Source: a virus (taxonomy: Duplodnaviria; Caudoviricetes). Taken from it: 64,000 bases of DNA. Positions 62,516 to 64,000 of the stretch are shown in pieces. Positions within the stretch are counted from its first letter, which is position 1. Every line of letters starts with the position of its first letter. The stretch lies in the IMG/VR virus record IMGVR_UViG_3300047469_000103, positions 236,332-300,331 of that record; one strand, given 5' to 3'. Made by a program: the position numbers and the translations under genes. The notes beneath the pieces are model-generated. The model was given only the letters and a program-made list of their open reading frames with translations, was not told the DNA's origin and did not search any database.

Positions 62516-63741
62516 GTGCTTCTTTCAAGGGCTTTGGTTCGATCAAGACCAACAGCCGTAACGATTCCGTCCGTCTGGACGAAGTGATCGACATTATCAA
62601 ATGGGTTGATAAAAAGTGGGTTACGATTCGCGTCCTGCCTCTCGCCCCGCTGCAAGTGCGTCAAGCGTGGATCAAACTCTACGCCGGTAAAGAAAAGAAA
62701 GAAATTTCGATTCCGCGTTATGTCGTAAACTTCGATCCGTCGAATCCAGATACTCCGAAAAAAGGCGTGCGTTGCCCGTACTCGGAACTGGTAACTGACA
62801 AAGACGGCCCGGTACGCGTTTCCGACTTCTGGCTGTTCAACGTCATTGACCGCGACATGCAGGAAGAAGGCCCACCGCGTAAATCGTCGAAGCCTACAAA
62901 AGCTGAAGCGAAATCTGGTCACAAAGATATCACTTCCGAAACGTGGACTCCGGTTCGTGTTGCACGTTTCACCATGACTTCGATTCTGCGTTTGCAGGAA
63001 CTGTCGGAAGACAACCTCGTCAAAGACAAAAAGACCGGCAAAAAAGCGCAGTTCGACGCGTCCGATGCCCGTTACGGTTTCGACGTAAAAGTGAAGTTCA
63101 AGAAAGATGCACCGGGTACTGATAAGTACAGCATCGACAAGGCCGATGGCGCCGCTGCACTGACGAAAGAAGAACAAGGTTATTTGACTTGGAATCTTTC
63201 TGAAGAACTTCTGGACGCAACCGGTCGCATGACTGAAAAGCAAGCGCTGGAAGACGTTAAGCGTATGGAACTGGTCGGCGGTAATACGCTGGACGATGAC
63301 GACGATGACGACGACAAGCCGAAGAAAAAAGGCAAGGGTAAATCCCGTTCGCTCGACGACGATGACGACGAAGACGAAAAGCCGAAGAAGAAAAAGAAAA
63401 AGCCTTTCGACGACGATGACGACGAAGACGAAAAGCCAAAGAAAAAGAAAAAGAAATCTTCGGACGATGATGACGACGAAGATGAAAAGCCGAAAAAGAA
63501 GCTGAAGAAAAAGTCCAAGTCGGATGATGATGAAGACGAAAAGCCGAAGAAGAAGTTGAAGAAAAAGTCCAAGTCCGACGATGACGACGAAGACGAAAAG
63601 CCAAAGAAGAAAAAGAAATCTTCGAAAGACGACGACGAAAAGCCGAAGAAGAAAAAGGCCAAGGTCGAAGAAAAGAAAGGCGGTGCTAAAAAGAAGACCG
63701 CAAAAAAGGGTAAAAAGAAGAACGCATGGGATGATGAATAA
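62512..63741 (+). CDS. T4 gp32-like single-stranded DNA-binding protein with long D/K block tail
   Basis: TIRVLP...WIK...CPY...FNVIDR...GFDVKVK...Y pattern of gp32-type SSB; ends AWDDE; next to probable recA. Confidence 0.7.
   Translation: MSASFKGFGSIKTNSRNDSVRLDEVIDIIKWVDKKWVTIRVLPLAPLQVRQAWIKLYAGKEKKEISIPRYVVNFDPSNPDTPKKGVRCPYSELVTDKDGPVRVSDFWLFNVIDRDMQEEGPPRKSSKPTKAEAKSGHKDITSETWTPVRVARFTMTSILRLQELSEDNLVKDKKTGKKAQFDASDARYGFDVKVKFKKDAPGTDKYSIDKADGAAALTKEEQGYLTWNLSEELLDATGRMTEKQALEDVKRMELVGGNTLDDDDDDDDKPKKKGKGKSRSLDDDDDEDEKPKKKKKKPFDDDDDEDEKPKKKKKKSSDDDDDEDEKPKKKLKKKSKSDDDEDEKPKKKLKKKSKSDDDDEDEKPKKKKKSSKDDDEKPKKKKAKVEEKKGGAKKKTAKKGKKKNAWDDE
63296..63660 (+). repeat. seven imperfect repeats encoding D(3-8)(E)-KPKKK blocks
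   Basis: Recurring gacgatgacgacgaagacgaaaagccgaagaag units. Confidence 0.85.
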
Positions 63742-63755
63742 CCTGTGATTTCTTC

Positions 63756-63775
63756 GGGGCTATTTCGGTAGCCCC
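63756..63775 (+). other. UUCG hairpin (stabiliser or weak terminator)
   Basis: GGGGCTAT-TTCG-GTAGCCCC with no U-tract. Confidence 0.6.
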
Positions 63776-63793
63776 ACTTACCTTGGAGACTCT

Positions 63794-64000
63794 ATGCCAA
63801 AAGCGGTTGTAAAATCTAAAAAGCTCGATCTTTCCCCCAAGGCTGCGGCTGCGGAGAAAAAGAAGTTAGCGGCGGTAAAAGCGTCCGGCCCGGTGTTCGA
63901 TCCATATGCGAACCTCGAAGCAGAAATTGACGACATGGAGAAAAAGGTCGGACTGACCTCTATGTCTGTAAACGAAAAAGAAGATCGCCTAGACACAGGT
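63794..64000 (+). CDS. partial CDS, probable RecA/UvsX-like recombinase N-terminus
   Basis: GGAG RBS; K-rich start, then helix and ...RLDTG (position of the RecA STG motif); follows SSB; runs off the window. Confidence 0.45.
   Translation, partial: MPKAVVKSKKLDLSPKAAAAEKKKLAAVKASGPVFDPYANLEAEIDDMEKKVGLTSMSVNEKEDRLDTG

Noticed and set aside
1-64000. tRNA/tmRNA, integrase, transposase, intron/intein, phage-nucleus genes (chimallin, PhuZ) and multisubunit RNA polymerase
   Set aside because: No T-loop/CCA cloverleaf or diagnostic motifs were seen by eye. Absence applies only to this window and needs tRNAscan/HMM confirmation.

Overview
This is a 64-kb segment of a large lytic dsDNA phage, most likely a jumbo myovirus. 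The gene set resembles the Lu11/PaBG/RSL1-type jumbo phages and the host is probably an alginate-producing pseudomonad; both points are inference. Genes are densely packed with ATGA/TAATG overlaps. They run leftward from 1 to 30.2 kb: putative virion proteins, an AT-hook histone-like protein, SbcD/SbcC, DnaX and many small hypotheticals. They run mostly rightward from 30.2 to 64 kb: RuvC-like resolvase, Cas4-like nuclease, type IIA topoisomerase B/A, 5'-3' exonuclease, sigma factor, gp32-like SSB and a probable RecA start, with a short leftward primase block. No tRNA, rRNA, CRISPR array, integrase or transposase was seen. Six observations stand out. (1) A ~220-nt multibranched, internally duplicated candidate ncRNA at 45861-46079 lies just upstream of a protein with four tandem beta-rich repeats. 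(2) There is systematic charge patterning: Lys-rich tails on most DNA enzymes, an 8x AT-hook protein, H1-like proteins, a protein with 103 consecutive Glu, and a block-copolymer SSB tail. This suggests an electrostatic chromatin or condensate system. (3) An 8-mer, ACTGTAAA, occurs at least 23 times, always co-oriented with transcription. (4) A second pseudoknotted candidate RNA lies at 61367-61488. (5) An origin-like noncoding region has GNA mini-hairpins and G-tracts. (6) Several decoy-like or degenerate proteins occur (EF-Tu peptide, lone sheath C-terminal domain, K-to-R pseudo-ligase with a Sel1 repeat, degenerate MTase), along with a PL7 alginate lyase and a Tad2/DUF2829 anti-defence fusion. 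All assignments come from motif recognition by eye; no database search was run.
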